DNA of 63,801 nucleotides, filler included, from Octopus bimaculoides (Eukaryota): the NCBI RefSeq assembly GCF_001194135.2. It is 4 parts of 4 records of this genome, joined end to end, with 100 filler letters (N's around TTAATTAATTAA, not from the genome) between each part and the next. Parts side by side here need not be neighbours in the genome. Positions count along the whole stretch, not along the records: positions 1 to 19,111 come from NC_068983.1; positions 19,212 to 32,526 come from NC_068996.1; 2 more parts are not named here. One strand, written 5' to 3'. Of this stretch, positions 9,325 through 20,760 are shown in pieces (the stretch's first letter is position 1; the number at the start of each line of letters is the position of its first letter). The position numbers were made by a program, and so were the translations under genes. The notes beneath the pieces are model-generated. The model had not been told where the DNA came from. It saw only the letters and a list, made by a program, of their open reading frames with translations, and searched no databases.

Positions 9325-11225
9325 ATCATCATCGTTTAACATCCATTTTCTATGTTGGCATGGATTGGGCAGTTTGACAGGAGATGGCGAGGCTGGAGGA
9401 CTGCCCAGGACTCCATATTTGTTTTAGCATAGTTTCTACAGCTGGATGCCCTTTGTAAAGCCAACCACTTTACAGAGTGCTTTGATGTGGCACCGGTACT
9501 GGTGCTTTTTACATGGAACCAGCATCCACAAGCCCATAAGATTAGCGTCACTCAGCCGAAGAGGGATGTGAGGGACATGTCCATGTTCAGGGACAACCAT
9601 GATTTTATTTAACTCGACATGTTTTCTCAAGCACAGCAAACCACCAGCCATCTCGGTCCCTTGTCATCTCCTCTGTGATGGCCAGTGTCTGAAGGTCCTT
9701 TCCCATCGCTTTGTCCCATGTCTTCCTCTTCCACTTGTTCCTTCCATGATTAGAGCTTGGCACCTCTTTAACCAACTGTCCTCATCCATACGCCTTACAG
9801 TGTAGTCTTCTCTCTTGGACCCTACATCTGATGTCTTGTGTACCCAATTATCCTCTCAAATCCCTTACACTGTTTTGTATATGCACACTCACTTTACCCA
9901 TCCAGCAGAGCATACTGGCTTCATATGTTTCAAGCCTTCACATATCTTCAATAGTCACAGCCCATGTTTCACTGTCATGTAGCATAGCTGTTTGCACACA
10001 GGCATCATACAATCTGCCTTTCACTCTGAGAGAGAGGCCCTTAGTTACCAACAAGGGTTGCAGCTCTTTGAATTTTGCCCAGCCTTATTCCAGCAGTTAT
10101 GCTTTTCGAACAACCTCCACCACTGCTAACTTAGTCCCCTAAGCAAAAGAAACAGTCCCCTGCTTCTAAGGGACCTCACTAGCATTTGAGGAAATCTGAT
10201 TTTGTACATTCCTGGTGTTTAATCTATTTACACATCTGCCACATGTAAAGACTACTTTCTCTATTAGTCTTCCAGTGATACCACTTGCACCTCTTATGTG
10301 TCCATAGCTTGCACTGGCTACACCATATGGAGTGTCTTCTGACACCATTTCTATACATCGAGTAGGGCTGTCTCCCTAAAGGGATTTGTGATTTGTCTCT
10401 CTTCCTACTTACTAGGACTTTGGGTCTTTGCTAAATTAATTTCTAAAACCCTTTGATTCCAGTCTGTGCTTCCATACTTGAAAATGTCTTCTCTAGTTCT
10501 GGTAGTGATTCAGCTATAAGAACAAGTGCTTTATCAGCGCAGAGGAGCTCTCAAGGGCATCCAGCATTAAATTCCTCTGTTATGACCGGGAGGAATATGA
10601 TTAACAACAGGGGGCTGAGAACTGATCCCTGGTGGACTCCTTCTTGTACAGTAAATTCCTTGCTGTATTCATTGGCAACCTTCACCTTACTGACAACAAC
10701 CCTGTATGTGGTTCGTACAGTCCTCACCAACCACTTATCTATCCTTAGCTTTTGCATTGGCCACCAGATAAGGTGGGCCAGATATACGGGTTTAAGTACT
10801 TCTCATACAGTTGTTCCACCAGGAAAATAGCACAAATCTAAACTGCATCTCATGTATGCTAACTCTCATCATCATCATTTAACGTCCACTTTCCATGATG
10901 GCATGGGTTGGACAGTTTGACTGAGGACTGGTGGGCCAGAAGGCTGCACCAGGCTCCAGTCTGATCTGGCCTGGTGCAGCCTTCTGGCTCACCAGTCCTA
11001 ACTCTCTTCTTAATTAATTGAGCCACGACCCTCTTTATAACTTTCATCACCTGGTCCAGCAATCTGATGCGTCTGTAATTCTGTTTGAGGCATCACCTTT
11101 ACTTTTGTAGCAGTTGACTATGGTACTGCTACACCAATTGTCAGGTAGGACTCCCTTGTGGACAACGTGGTTAACTATACAGGTGATTAAGCCAAATCTC
11201 TATCAGATATTTTAATGTTCACTTT
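9325..11225 (-). mobile_element. RTE-clade LINE RT-to-3' end relic, with an RTE-tail SINE inserted at ~10864-10985
   Basis: Minus-strand peptides include LLDQVMKVIKRVVAQLIKKRV, GVHQGSVLSPLL and GCP*ELLCADK (mutated WELLYADD), followed by the RTE 3' UTR ending in (GAT)n at 9325. Confidence 0.88.
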
Positions 11226-11289
11226 TCCATAGTTGCATCTGTTGGAGACTGTTTATTGAAGCATATCCCATTCCTGTTGCCAATTATCA

Positions 11290-11790
11290 CCTGTTTCCCA
11301 GTAAGGACACACGACAGTGTAAGAGCCCTGAGAGAAAAGTTGGACATAAGAAGCATCAAATGTGGTGTGCAAGAGAGACGACTGCACTGCTATGGTCATC
11401 TGCTACGTATGGATGAGGACAGCTGTGTGAGGAAGTGCCACTCCCTAACTGGAAGGAACCTGTGGAAGAGGTAGACCCAGGAAGACATGGGATGAGGTGG
11501 TAAAGCATGACCATTGGGCCTCACACAGGCAATGACAGGAGGCCGAGACCTTTGGAGATATACTGTGATTGAGAAGACCCAGCAACTAAAGTGAGATCGC
11601 AGCCATGCATGTCCGGCCCAGTTAAGAATACCCCTGATGTATTGGGCCATATGATATGCTTGAGAAGACCTGTTGAGTCAAGTAAAACTAATATCATAGT
11701 TGTGGCCAGTGCCCTCTGACGTAAAAAGCACCATCCGAATGTGGTCGATGCCAGTATCTGCCTACAGGCTCCAGTGCCGGTTGGCACATA
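11290..11790 (+). mobile_element. RTE-clade LINE ORF C-terminus and 3' UTR
   Basis: LREKLDIRSIKCGVQERRLHCYGHLLRMDEDSCVRKC and GRGRPRKTWDEVVKHD, the typical RTE ORF end. Confidence 0.85.
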
Positions 11791-12164
11791 AAAAATTTGA
11801 GAATTTTTTATTCACTCCTGGAAGAATGCATTAATTATTTCAGCCTGGCTGTGTTTGTAGACAGTTGAAAAGAATACTTTTAACAAAAAGAAAAAAAAGA
11901 TAGCATTGTAGTTGCGAGTGTGTGTGTGTGTGTGTGGGGCTCCTTGTAGTTGCAGGTGGGCCCCATTAGTCTCCTGGTAACAAATATCTTTAGCCCCAGT
12001 CCGCCACTGCAGTAGGGTATATAATACAACTTGCTAAAGTCAGAGCCATTGCTCCAAAAGCCACCATTGACTGACAATAAATATACAGACGAGCAACGTA
12101 ATGAACACATGAGAAATAGGCTTAGCAGGTGGTATTATATACCCTCCTGTATCTAAATTTACGT

Positions 12165-12189
12165 TGTGTATATTATATATATATGCATA

Positions 12190-12240
<51 letters not shown>

Positions 12241-12528
12241 ATGTGTGTATGTGTGTGAGTGTGTAAGTGTGTATATGTGCGTGCGTGTATATGTGTGTAT
12301 ATATATGTATATATGTGTATGTATATATGAATTGACTATATATATATGTGTGTATATATATGTGTGTGTGTATATATATGTGTGTGTGTATATATATATG
12401 TGTGTGTGTATATATATATGTGTGTGTATATATATATATGTGTGTGTATATATATATATGTGTGTGTGTATATATATATATGTGTGTGTGTGTATATATA
12501 TATATGTGTGTGTGTGTATATATATATA

Positions 12529-12580
<52 letters not shown>

Positions 12581-12605
12581 CATACACACACACACATATA
12601 TGCAT
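12165..12605. repeat. Compound (TG)n/(TA)n microsatellite with higher-order (TA)m(TG)n units
   Basis: Visible directly; this repeat is the source of the YIYI/THTH ORFs in the track. Confidence 0.95.
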
Positions 12606-12974
12606 ATATGGGTACAGGACGTCACAAAATGTAAACATGAAATACGAAGGTAACCATTTTTTTGCGAACAATGAGATAAACAAATGGAAAACAAGACAAG
12701 TAACATAAAAAACGACCCTTCATCAGTTGTCAGCTATTTATCTACACCAAATTATATATATAATATGTGACAATTATTCGGTTGCCATAATAAAACTCCG
12801 AATAATTGTCACATATATTACAGATAAATTCCTTTATTTACATAATATCGAGGTCTCATTCATTCTTTTGTTGTCATACTATTATTATTATTTATATATA
12901 TTAGAGGACATACTACATATAATACACACACACACACACATAATATATATGTATATATATATATCATAGAGATA

Positions 12975-13540
12975 CAGACAATTTAGGACTTGGTCACAAC
13001 CCCACCCCAAATGTGTAATAGGTGTAGTAAACGTATATGGAAAAAAAAAAATTGCGCCGACGAAGGGCGTGGGGGGAGGCCTCAGAAAATTCACATTCAC
13101 AGAGGAGCGTGTAAAAAAAAAAAAGAATGAGTAACGAAGAAATATTAAATAAATCACGAAAAGAGGGGCCCTTCTGAAGGATTCTAGTGGAAACCCCACA
13201 AAACTACGATCATCCTGATCTCTAAGACCAAGTGGTTTATCTTCAGGGAAAAACCGTTCACTTGGATCATATTTAACACACCTCTCCACATTTCAAGAGA
13301 TTTGCTGGGAGGCAGCACTTCCTTCTCTTTTCCTTAGAAAAGTTGACAAGGGTATGGCCAAAGATAGAAGTGTCTGTCTTCGGCCCTTTCAGTCTGGTCC
13401 ACCACAGAAAAATAAACAGTACCTCCTGTCCTCCTCCTCGGACAAAGGAAGATGGTGAAAGACGGGCGATTATTTATGTCGGAGAGATGTTACACAATCT
13501 TATGGTCCATACAGCAAAGAGAAAGTTGGTCACAAATCCT
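12975..13540 (-). mobile_element. Tx1/L1-type LINE 3' end relic
   Basis: Minus-strand WWTRLKGPKTDTSIFG aligns with WWTRFKG at 56640 and with RTRMEG at ~18350. Confidence 0.6.
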
Positions 13541-14113
13541 TCCTAATAATTTCGATATTAGCATTCAGTTTAAGTGCCGAGAAGTCCCCTTTCCCAGATA
13601 TAAAATTTAACTTTAAAAAAATCTCAATAAAACAATAAAGAACAAGACCCAACGAAGAAAGACGAAGAGCATCTTACATTTTCATCTGGTTAAAATTTTG
13701 AAAAATCTTTTTGTTGCATATTCGTAATTTCCGACATGTAAAACCTAGGAATCCGAATAAATGCATTTTCCAAGGTGAGGTGCGATTAAACATTAGCTCC
13801 GAATACTTTTTGATTATCAGTCTGACGAAGGCCGCCTCTGCCACTAAAATGACAACAAACACCTCTATGTGGTCGCATGACGGGCTAGAAAATAGCAGCC
13901 TTCAAATTACAGCCAATCAACTTTCAAAACGTGACATTTCGTCGCAATGTAAAGTTCGAGTTGGTTACGAGTTTCTGATTCCATGTGACAAGAATAATAA
14001 CAACAACAACATATTCGCCACTTCTAGAACATTCGATTAAACTTAGCGAAGAAAGAAAACTCCTTTTAATATCAATCTTATATAAATATATTAGATATAT
14101 ATAAACAGATATA

Positions 14114-14682
14114 GGCACTATCATGCTATTAGCTGTCAGAAGTGAAAGTGCTCACTGCTAGTGAAGTATCTGTCTGTCTGCCTGTCTGCCTGCCTGTTGC
14201 TGGCCTGTCGATTCTTTGGCTACTGACAGCTAATACCATGACTGGCCGGAGCGAGCTATATGTCTGTCTGTCTGTCTGTCTCTCTATCTATCTATTACTC
14301 GAAAGTTCGCGCGTCCGCGCTAGCTAGTCGCGAGTGGTCGATCCTATTATTTTTAAACTTCAAACTTCATTTGTTTTCTATTTTGATAAATTCTCTCTGT
14401 TGAAAATTATATTTTTATATTTTAAATAATTTGCAATTTCAGGAAATATGTTTTTATATTAAATTTGTGTTTTCTACTCACGACTAGCTAGCGCGGACGC
14501 GCGAACTTTCGAGTAATAGATAGATAGAATGAGAGACAGACAGACAGACAGACATATAGCTCGCTCCGGCCAGTCATGGTATTAGCTGTCAGTAGCCAAA
14601 GAATCGACAGGCAGACAGACAGATACTTCACTAGCAGGCAGTGAGCACTTTCACTTCTGACAGCTAATAGCATGATAGTGCC
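14114..14682. mobile_element. Foldback/MITE-like element with ~210-220-bp GC-rich inverted arms and an AT-rich spacer
   Basis: 14114-14336 is the near-perfect reverse complement of 14474-14682; the ends are GGCACTATCATG and CATGATAGTGCC. Confidence 0.85.
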
Positions 14683-14711
14683 CAGACACACGCACACACA
14701 TCTATATTAGA

Positions 14712-14901
14712 GGCACAATGACCCAGTGGTTAGGGCAGCGGACCCGCGGTCATAGGATCGCGGCTTCGATTCCCAGACCGGGCGTCGTGAACGTTTACTG
14801 AGCGAAAACACTTAAAGCTCCACAAGACTCCGGCAGCTGTACTCAAATAAAGGCGGTGCTCCAACATGGCCGCAGTCAAATAAACTGAAACAAGTAAAAG
14901 A
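14712..14901 (+). mobile_element. tRNA-derived SINE with a distinct head joined to the family B tail
   Basis: A-box TGACCCAGTGGTTAG and B-box GCTTCGATTCC (14763-14773); ends in AAAGGCGGTGCTCCAACATGGCCGCAGTCAAAT...AACAAGTAAAAG. Confidence 0.75.
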
Positions 14902-14908
14902 GACATCT

Positions 14909-14940
<32 letters not shown>

Positions 14941-14998
14941 TAGATACATACATATACATACACACGCAACGAAAATTCTAGAAAAATAAATTAAAAAG

Positions 14999-15463
14999 GG
15001 ATCTTTTTTAAAACNNNNNNNNNNNNNNNNNNNNNNNNNNNNNNNNNNNNNNNNNNNNNNNNNNNNNNNNNNNNNNNNNNNNNNNNNNNNNNNNNNNNNN
15101 NNNNNNNNNNNNNNNNNNNNNNNNNNNNNNNNNCGATTCTGCAACAATTAACCCTAACCCTAACCCTAGGGTTAGAGTTAGGGTTAGGGTTAAAGCAAAT
15201 TTAAAATGAAAAAAGCAAATAAAACGAAGAATCGTTTGTTTATGTAGTCGGCACTTAATGTATATCGGCTGAATGGACGTCAGTGATTGGTTGAAATTAT
15301 CGAAATAAGACAATTTTTTACATGAAATAAATTCGAATACAAAAATATTTTTCTGTTCTATAACACAAAATAGATAAGTATACGAAGTTTGAAAGTCTTT
15401 CGGTACCAAAAGCACTACGTAAAACATTAATGAAAAATGTGGCCCCCGTTTTAAAAAAGATCC
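14999..15463. mobile_element. Non-autonomous TIR DNA element with an internal telomere-repeat palindrome (gap inside)
   Basis: Perfect 16-bp TIRs GGATCTTTTTTAAAAC (14999-15014) and GTTTTAAAAAAGATCC (15448-15463); internal (TAACCC)3-TAGG-GTTAGAGTTAGGGTTAGGGTTAA. Confidence 0.75.
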
Positions 15464-16419
15464 TAAAAAACAAATAAGTGGAAATTGTACAGGTGTGTGT
15501 GTCTTAAATTATAAGGCACCAAAAGAGAATGACTCTCCCCAGACCCAAGAGTATATATATATATATATATATATATACGATCAAATGATCGTCTTTCGAA
15601 ATATAATTATTTTATAAATAATAATAATAATATATTTATTTACACATTATACTCGTTACATCTTTCTCTATTTGTGACAATTATTTATCATCGGAAGTGT
15701 TCATTAATACACAAGTTCATTTATTATATTTCGTTCTGCCCAATTAATGCGATGATAACATGTTTAACATACCAAAGAGTCATTAAAAGACACAAATTAA
15801 ATGTAATTAGCAACAAGTGAAGGAGAGAGAGAATTAATGTGAACAGGTTGGCTAAGACTCGTGAACGATGAGTTTTGATAAACTAATTAAAAGAAACAAG
15901 TGCATGTCACATCGAATAAATTAAACAAATGGCACTTATATTTCTGTTTCATCACAAAGTTCAGGAGAAAGAGAGAAAATTGGGAATAAACAAAAGAAAT
16001 AAACGTCGCCGAGTGTCGAACACTCATGTTGTGGTTTTGAAATGTCAATAGAGTAATGTGATGAGGGAGAGAGGTAGAAAAAAGGGAGAGAGGGGGATGA
16101 GAGAGAGAGAACGATAGGCAACAAGACACTTACAAACACTTGTATTCCTCCCCCTGTTTGCTTTTACTCATCTCGGCCTCAGTCGCCTTCAAACAATAAT
16201 TAATTAATTAATTAAAGTTATTTAAAGTTCATTTATAATTTCGTTATTTTAATTGAAGACATATATATGAGTTCTTATTTTTCAACTTACGACATTACAT
16301 ATGCAAGGCTCTGGTAATATAGTTTTGTTGATAAACATAGAAAATGGTTCGGTTCGTTTTTAAATAGAATGCTGCGATCTTTCCAGAAAAGAGGTGTGTA
16401 CACTCACAGACACACACAC

Positions 16420-17152
16420 ATATATATATATATACTTAGAATAATATAGGATAGTAAAATTTTAGAAATTTTTCAACCAGTGGCCTAGCATGTATAAAAA
16501 GTCAATAGACAACATATTTTCCTTGGTAGAGATGGACTATATGTAATCTGAACCTTTCCCCCCCTTATTTATTAATTTCTTTTTACGGAATCCCACGGGT
16601 AGAGATGGACTATATGTAATCTGAACCTTCCCCACCTTATTTATTATTATTTTTTTTACNNNNNNNNNNNNNNNNNNNNNNNNNNNNNNNNNNNNNNNNN
16701 NNNNNNNNNNNNNNNNNNNNNNNNNNNNNNNNNNNNNNNNNNNNNNNNNNNNNNNNNNNNNNNNNNNNNNNNNNNNNNNNNNNNNNNNNNNNNNNNNNNN
16801 NNNNNNNNNNNNNNNNNNNNNNNNNNNNNNNNNNNNNNNNNNNNNNNNNNNNNNNNNNNNNNNNNNNNNNNNNNNNNNNNNNNNNNNNNNNNNNNNNNNN
16901 NNNNNNNNNNNNNNNNNNNNNNNNNNNNAGAAAATTTTTTTCCAGAATCGGATTCTCCATGGTCTGAAACAGGATTCTGTAAAAAAGCAAAATTTAAAAG
17001 GGGGGGGGGTATACCCAGATTACATATACTCCATCTTTTCCTTAACACAAAAAGAGGTGACCCTTAACAGGCCGCCTTACATGGTTGTTTTGGACGCTTT
17101 GACTGCTCCTTCTAGCATGTGAGGCGGCCTCTTTTTGTGTTTAAAAATACAC

Positions 17153-17160
<8 letters not shown>
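16420..17160. mobile_element. Non-autonomous element with 73-bp tandem cores, an inverted core copy and a terminal hairpin (Helentron/HINE-like architecture)
   Basis: GGTAGAGATGGACTATATGTAATCTGAACC occurs at 16525 and 16598, with an inverted copy at 17016-17036; hairpin at 17044-17141; followed by (TA)n. Confidence 0.5.
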
Positions 17161-17204
<44 letters not shown>

Positions 17205-17774
17205 GCGATCTTACGTTACGAGTCCTTTTTCTGTCAAAGGACCTCGTGCGTTTCGCCTATATAACTAGTTATCGGTAGAAGGTTATTATATGCAAAATAA
17301 AAACAAAAAAAAGGTCCTTCGCGGGACATACAAACGTACATAAATGTCTTTCGCGGTCGGTGGAGAGAACATGTGGACTAAACAAAAACGATGATGTAAC
17401 TTATAGAAGGCGATAACGCTTTTGTTTAGCATCAAGAGTGTCTCTAGAGAGAGAATAAGGAACAAAACTAATAGAAAAGACAGAGATGGATGTGATGAGC
17501 GTACACACACACACATCCAAGTTTATATATACATATATATACACTGGTTACCAAAATATGAAATATCATATTTGTAAATCTCTCAGAGAGAGTTAAGCAG
17601 TAGTGATGCGATAAAGTTGTATATTGTCAACTCAATGTGACAATCCCAATAAGGGAATATACTACTGCTGTTTAGCCCTAGGAAGCTGGACCGCTTCCTG
17701 TCGGCCTTGACACAATTACTGTGTCCTTATGTTTGCAAGGGGGAGACAAACTCCTCCACCCAGCCTAGCCTGCA

Positions 17775-17817
17775 TTCAGGGACATGTTTCTGAGTCTTTG
17801 CTCGTCATCAGCCTGAA
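17775..17817 (-). ncRNA. Minimal type I hammerhead ribozyme motif (Penelope/retrozyme type)
   Basis: Minus strand: TTCAGG-CTGATGA-C-GAG-CAAAGA-CTC-A-GAAA-C-AT-G-TC-CCTGAA. Stem I is 6 bp and perfect, both core boxes are present, the cleavage triplet is GUC, and stem III is the palindrome ACATGT. Confidence 0.65.
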
Positions 17818-18119
17818 GTAGCAAGACCAGCTAGCTGATAAATTGTTATTATGATCACTATAGATCGAATACAAAGATGGGAACAATACAGGACAAACAA
17901 ATAAACAAAATGTGTGAGTTCTGTGATCTTTTTTTTTTTAATTTACGATTGTCTTTATATAAAATTTAAAATCCCTATGTTCATTGACTTTTTTTTTTCC
18001 CCTTTTAAATATACTGACAATCCTATGCCTACACACACACACACACATATATATATATACACACATATATACATACATACCCACACACATGTATATATAT
18101 TGTAAAATAAAACAATTGG

Positions 18120-18417
18120 GTTTCTCAACACGGCAGCCTATAAGGCCCAGTAGCTCGCCTTTTATTTTCTCGATGATTAGTTTGGGTGACTCACACCCAA
18201 CTTTTTCACCATTTCCTTCCATCTCTGTTCATATACTCTAGCTGACAGGGTTCTCTTTTCCAGCCCTATCTTGCTCTTCAGATGGTATTTGAAGTAAGTC
18301 AGCAATCCAGGGCCGGACATGTAGTACCCTGTCACCAAACCTTCCATTCTTGTCCTCTATATGCGCTCTTTCAACACTGCTACCGTACAGAAAAAGCAAG
18401 CCTCACCTTCCTTTGAG
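18120..18417 (-). mobile_element. Tx1/L1-type LINE ORF2 C-terminus and 3' UTR
   Basis: Minus-strand LTYFKYHLKSKIGLEKRTLSARVYEQRWKEMVKKLGVSHPN*. Confidence 0.65.
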
Positions 18418-18488
18418 ANNNNNNNNNNTTGACTGAGGACTGGTGAAACCGGATGGCAACACCAGGTTTCACCAGTCCTCATATATAT

Positions 18489-18593
18489 AAAGTCTTGTAA
18501 AGTCTAATATACTCTTTTGTAGTCTTATACCATCTTATAAATATTTATTTTGCAATAAAATACTTAATGCGGACAGACTTTTTGAACACCATG
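18489..18593 (+). mobile_element. Right-end fragment of the same Tc1/mariner family as 24182-24719
   Basis: Near-identical to 24614-24717 (AAGTCTTGTAAAGTCTAATAT...CTTTTTGAACACC). Confidence 0.8.
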
Positions 18594-19111
18594 TGTGTGT
18601 GTGTGTATTTTAATGGGGAAGCCGATCGGTTTGGAATGCCAAAGCGTTCGGCCTACCCAATAAAAATGTACAAACACACACATCTCACATACACACACAT
18701 ATGCATACAAATATATATGTACATTCTACGAACGTACATACCCATACATACATATCTACATATACAAAGCAAAACATACACACACACACACACCCAAACT
18801 TATTATGAAACAAATATATTTATACAATTCCCGCCACTTTCCCTCCGCATTGGCTTTTCTCTATGTGCATTCCGTAGATAATACTTTCTATAACAGACAT
18901 AAATACATCTATAGGAAAGTGGGTTATACATCATTAGATGTATCCTGACTTTCCTATATAATATTAAGAATTAACGGAACGCTGAACTCCAGACTATCAA
19001 CTTAAACAACATTTATTTTAAGGTGGAATATATACATCTTTAGCTCTAGTTCTTTGAGACGTCTTCTGTGTGTGTGAGCATGGTTGTTGGGACGTTGGTA
19101 TGTAGATGTAA

Positions 19112-19211
19112 NNNNNNNNNNNNNNNNNNNNNNNNNNNNNNNNNNNNNNNNNNNNTTAATTAATTAANNNNNNNNNNNNNNNNNNNNNNNNNNNNNNNNN
19201 NNNNNNNNNNN
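19112..19211. other. Synthetic scaffold spacer N44-TTAATTAATTAA-N44
   Basis: The identical 100-bp structure occurs at 32527-32626 and 56051-56150; the 12-mer gives stops in all six frames. Confidence 0.9.
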
Positions 19212-19258
19212 GTTTTATATTAGATTACATTTTCAGATTAGCTGAAATGTATTATTAC

Positions 19259-19284
19259 CTCTGGTCGATATTATTATGTCAATC
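19259..19284 (-). other. Candidate 26-nt exon
   Basis: Minus strand: cattttattatttttttctag|GATTGACATAATAATATCGACCAGAG|gtaata. Its phase is compatible with the 36-nt candidate and the 9067 acceptor. Confidence 0.35.
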
Positions 19285-19879
19285 CTAGAAAAAAAATAAT
19301 AAAATGGCTAGCCCCAGAGTTGAACTTTAAAGACCAAAAACATTAAAATATCAGGAAGTAATGATTATTGCTATCATTGCATTAATCATTTCAGTATTTC
19401 ATACATTGATAGAATTTGTAAGGTGTGTGAGAAAACTTTTAACAATAAATTCCATTGTATGCTCATATAAAAGAGAAGAGAGTGGCAGATGGTGGGGGGG
19501 GGGAGAAGAAGGAGAGAGTTGGAGAGAACATTCTTTTCAATGATGTACTTAATACTAGAAGAAAAAAAAAAATCTACATCCATCCTTATTTCAATAACTT
19601 AGGTGTTCTTCAATTGTCTATATATTGTTGTAAACATGCATGAACTGTATTTGTTGTCTGATATAAGAATTGTGAGATATATATTAAAGGGATTAATTGT
19701 AGCCTGAGATGAAAAAAGGTTTGACAACACTCAAACAGATGACAGCGACGAAAAGAAAAGATAAGAGCAGTTGTTCATTGAATAATATCGGATGAGTATC
19801 CAGAGAAGAAAACATTAATTTATATGAAGTGGGCTGCAACTTAAAACAGAATAAGATACATGGAAATGTGCATGCAGAT

Positions 19880-20074
19880 GCACACCAAACACACACACAC
19901 ACACACCAGTCATTCACTATACAACCACATATATATGCGTATGTATGTGTGTGTATACACACACACACACATATCCATATATACACACACTCAAACACTC
20001 ACATATATGCACACTACACACACACATACATATATATGTATATTTATATGTATATATTTATGTGTGTGTGTGTG

Positions 20075-20129
<55 letters not shown>

Positions 20130-20303
20130 TTATACATTTATATATATATATATATATTCTAACATATACTTACATTGCATATATATATATATGTACATAT
20201 ATAAATACATATTTATACGTGTGTGTAAATGTGTGTGTGTGATTGTATGTGTGTATATATATGCTTATGAAGTAATGTATGTTTACTTTTGCATTGTGTA
20301 TGA

Positions 20304-20340
<37 letters not shown>
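19880..20340. repeat. Compound (CA)/(TA)/(TG)/(GA) microsatellite block
   Basis: Visible directly. Confidence 0.95.
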
Positions 20341-20345
<5 letters not shown>

Positions 20346-20705
20346 GAAGATAAGTAGTTTATCTTAGACATAATGGTAAGCTGTGCTTGATAACAAAAGA
20401 AAATATTAACTATACATCAGATATTCTGAATGGAAAAACTTGATGGAAGTAGAAATACTGAAGACTCAGAAGGAAGAGAAAAGGTAAACTAGAGAATGAA
20501 GAACAGAGAAGATAAGCTAGGAGAGAGAGAGAAACTGTGGGAGAAAGAGAGGCATGGTGTGTATGTGTGTGTGCATGTGTGTGTGCATGTATGCATTCAT
20601 GTACGTGTATGCATATGTTCAAGCTTGATGCATAAATATACACACAGTTTCTGCCAGCAAATGAAATTGCTAAATCAGTCACACTCAAATACTAACGTCA
20701 CAACA

Positions 20706-20760
<55 letters not shown>

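Noticed and set aside
11950-12110. ORF with LYYIPYCSGGLGLK
   Set aside because: It is probably a small LINE RT remnant (LYLPxxxGGLGL-like), too short to classify, and not a host gene.
12040-12708. YIYI/THTH/VCVC ORFs (also near 19829-20367 and 60672-61321)
   Set aside because: These are translations of dinucleotide microsatellites.
13678-13685. 8-nt minus-strand micro-exon (cag|ATGAAAAT|gtaag)
   Set aside because: It is too short and likely to occur by chance in AT-rich DNA.
13822-13850. Additional hammerhead-like CTGAYGA boxes (also ~12720, ~35451 and 62023)
   Set aside because: They lack a correctly placed GAAAC or a stem I; degenerate at best.
14712-14785. Functional tRNA gene
   Set aside because: It has A and B boxes but an imperfect cloverleaf and continues into a SINE tail.
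15149-15193. Relic of telomere-telomere chromosome fusion
   Set aside because: The repeat orientation is opposite to a fusion, it is very short, and it lies within a TIR element.
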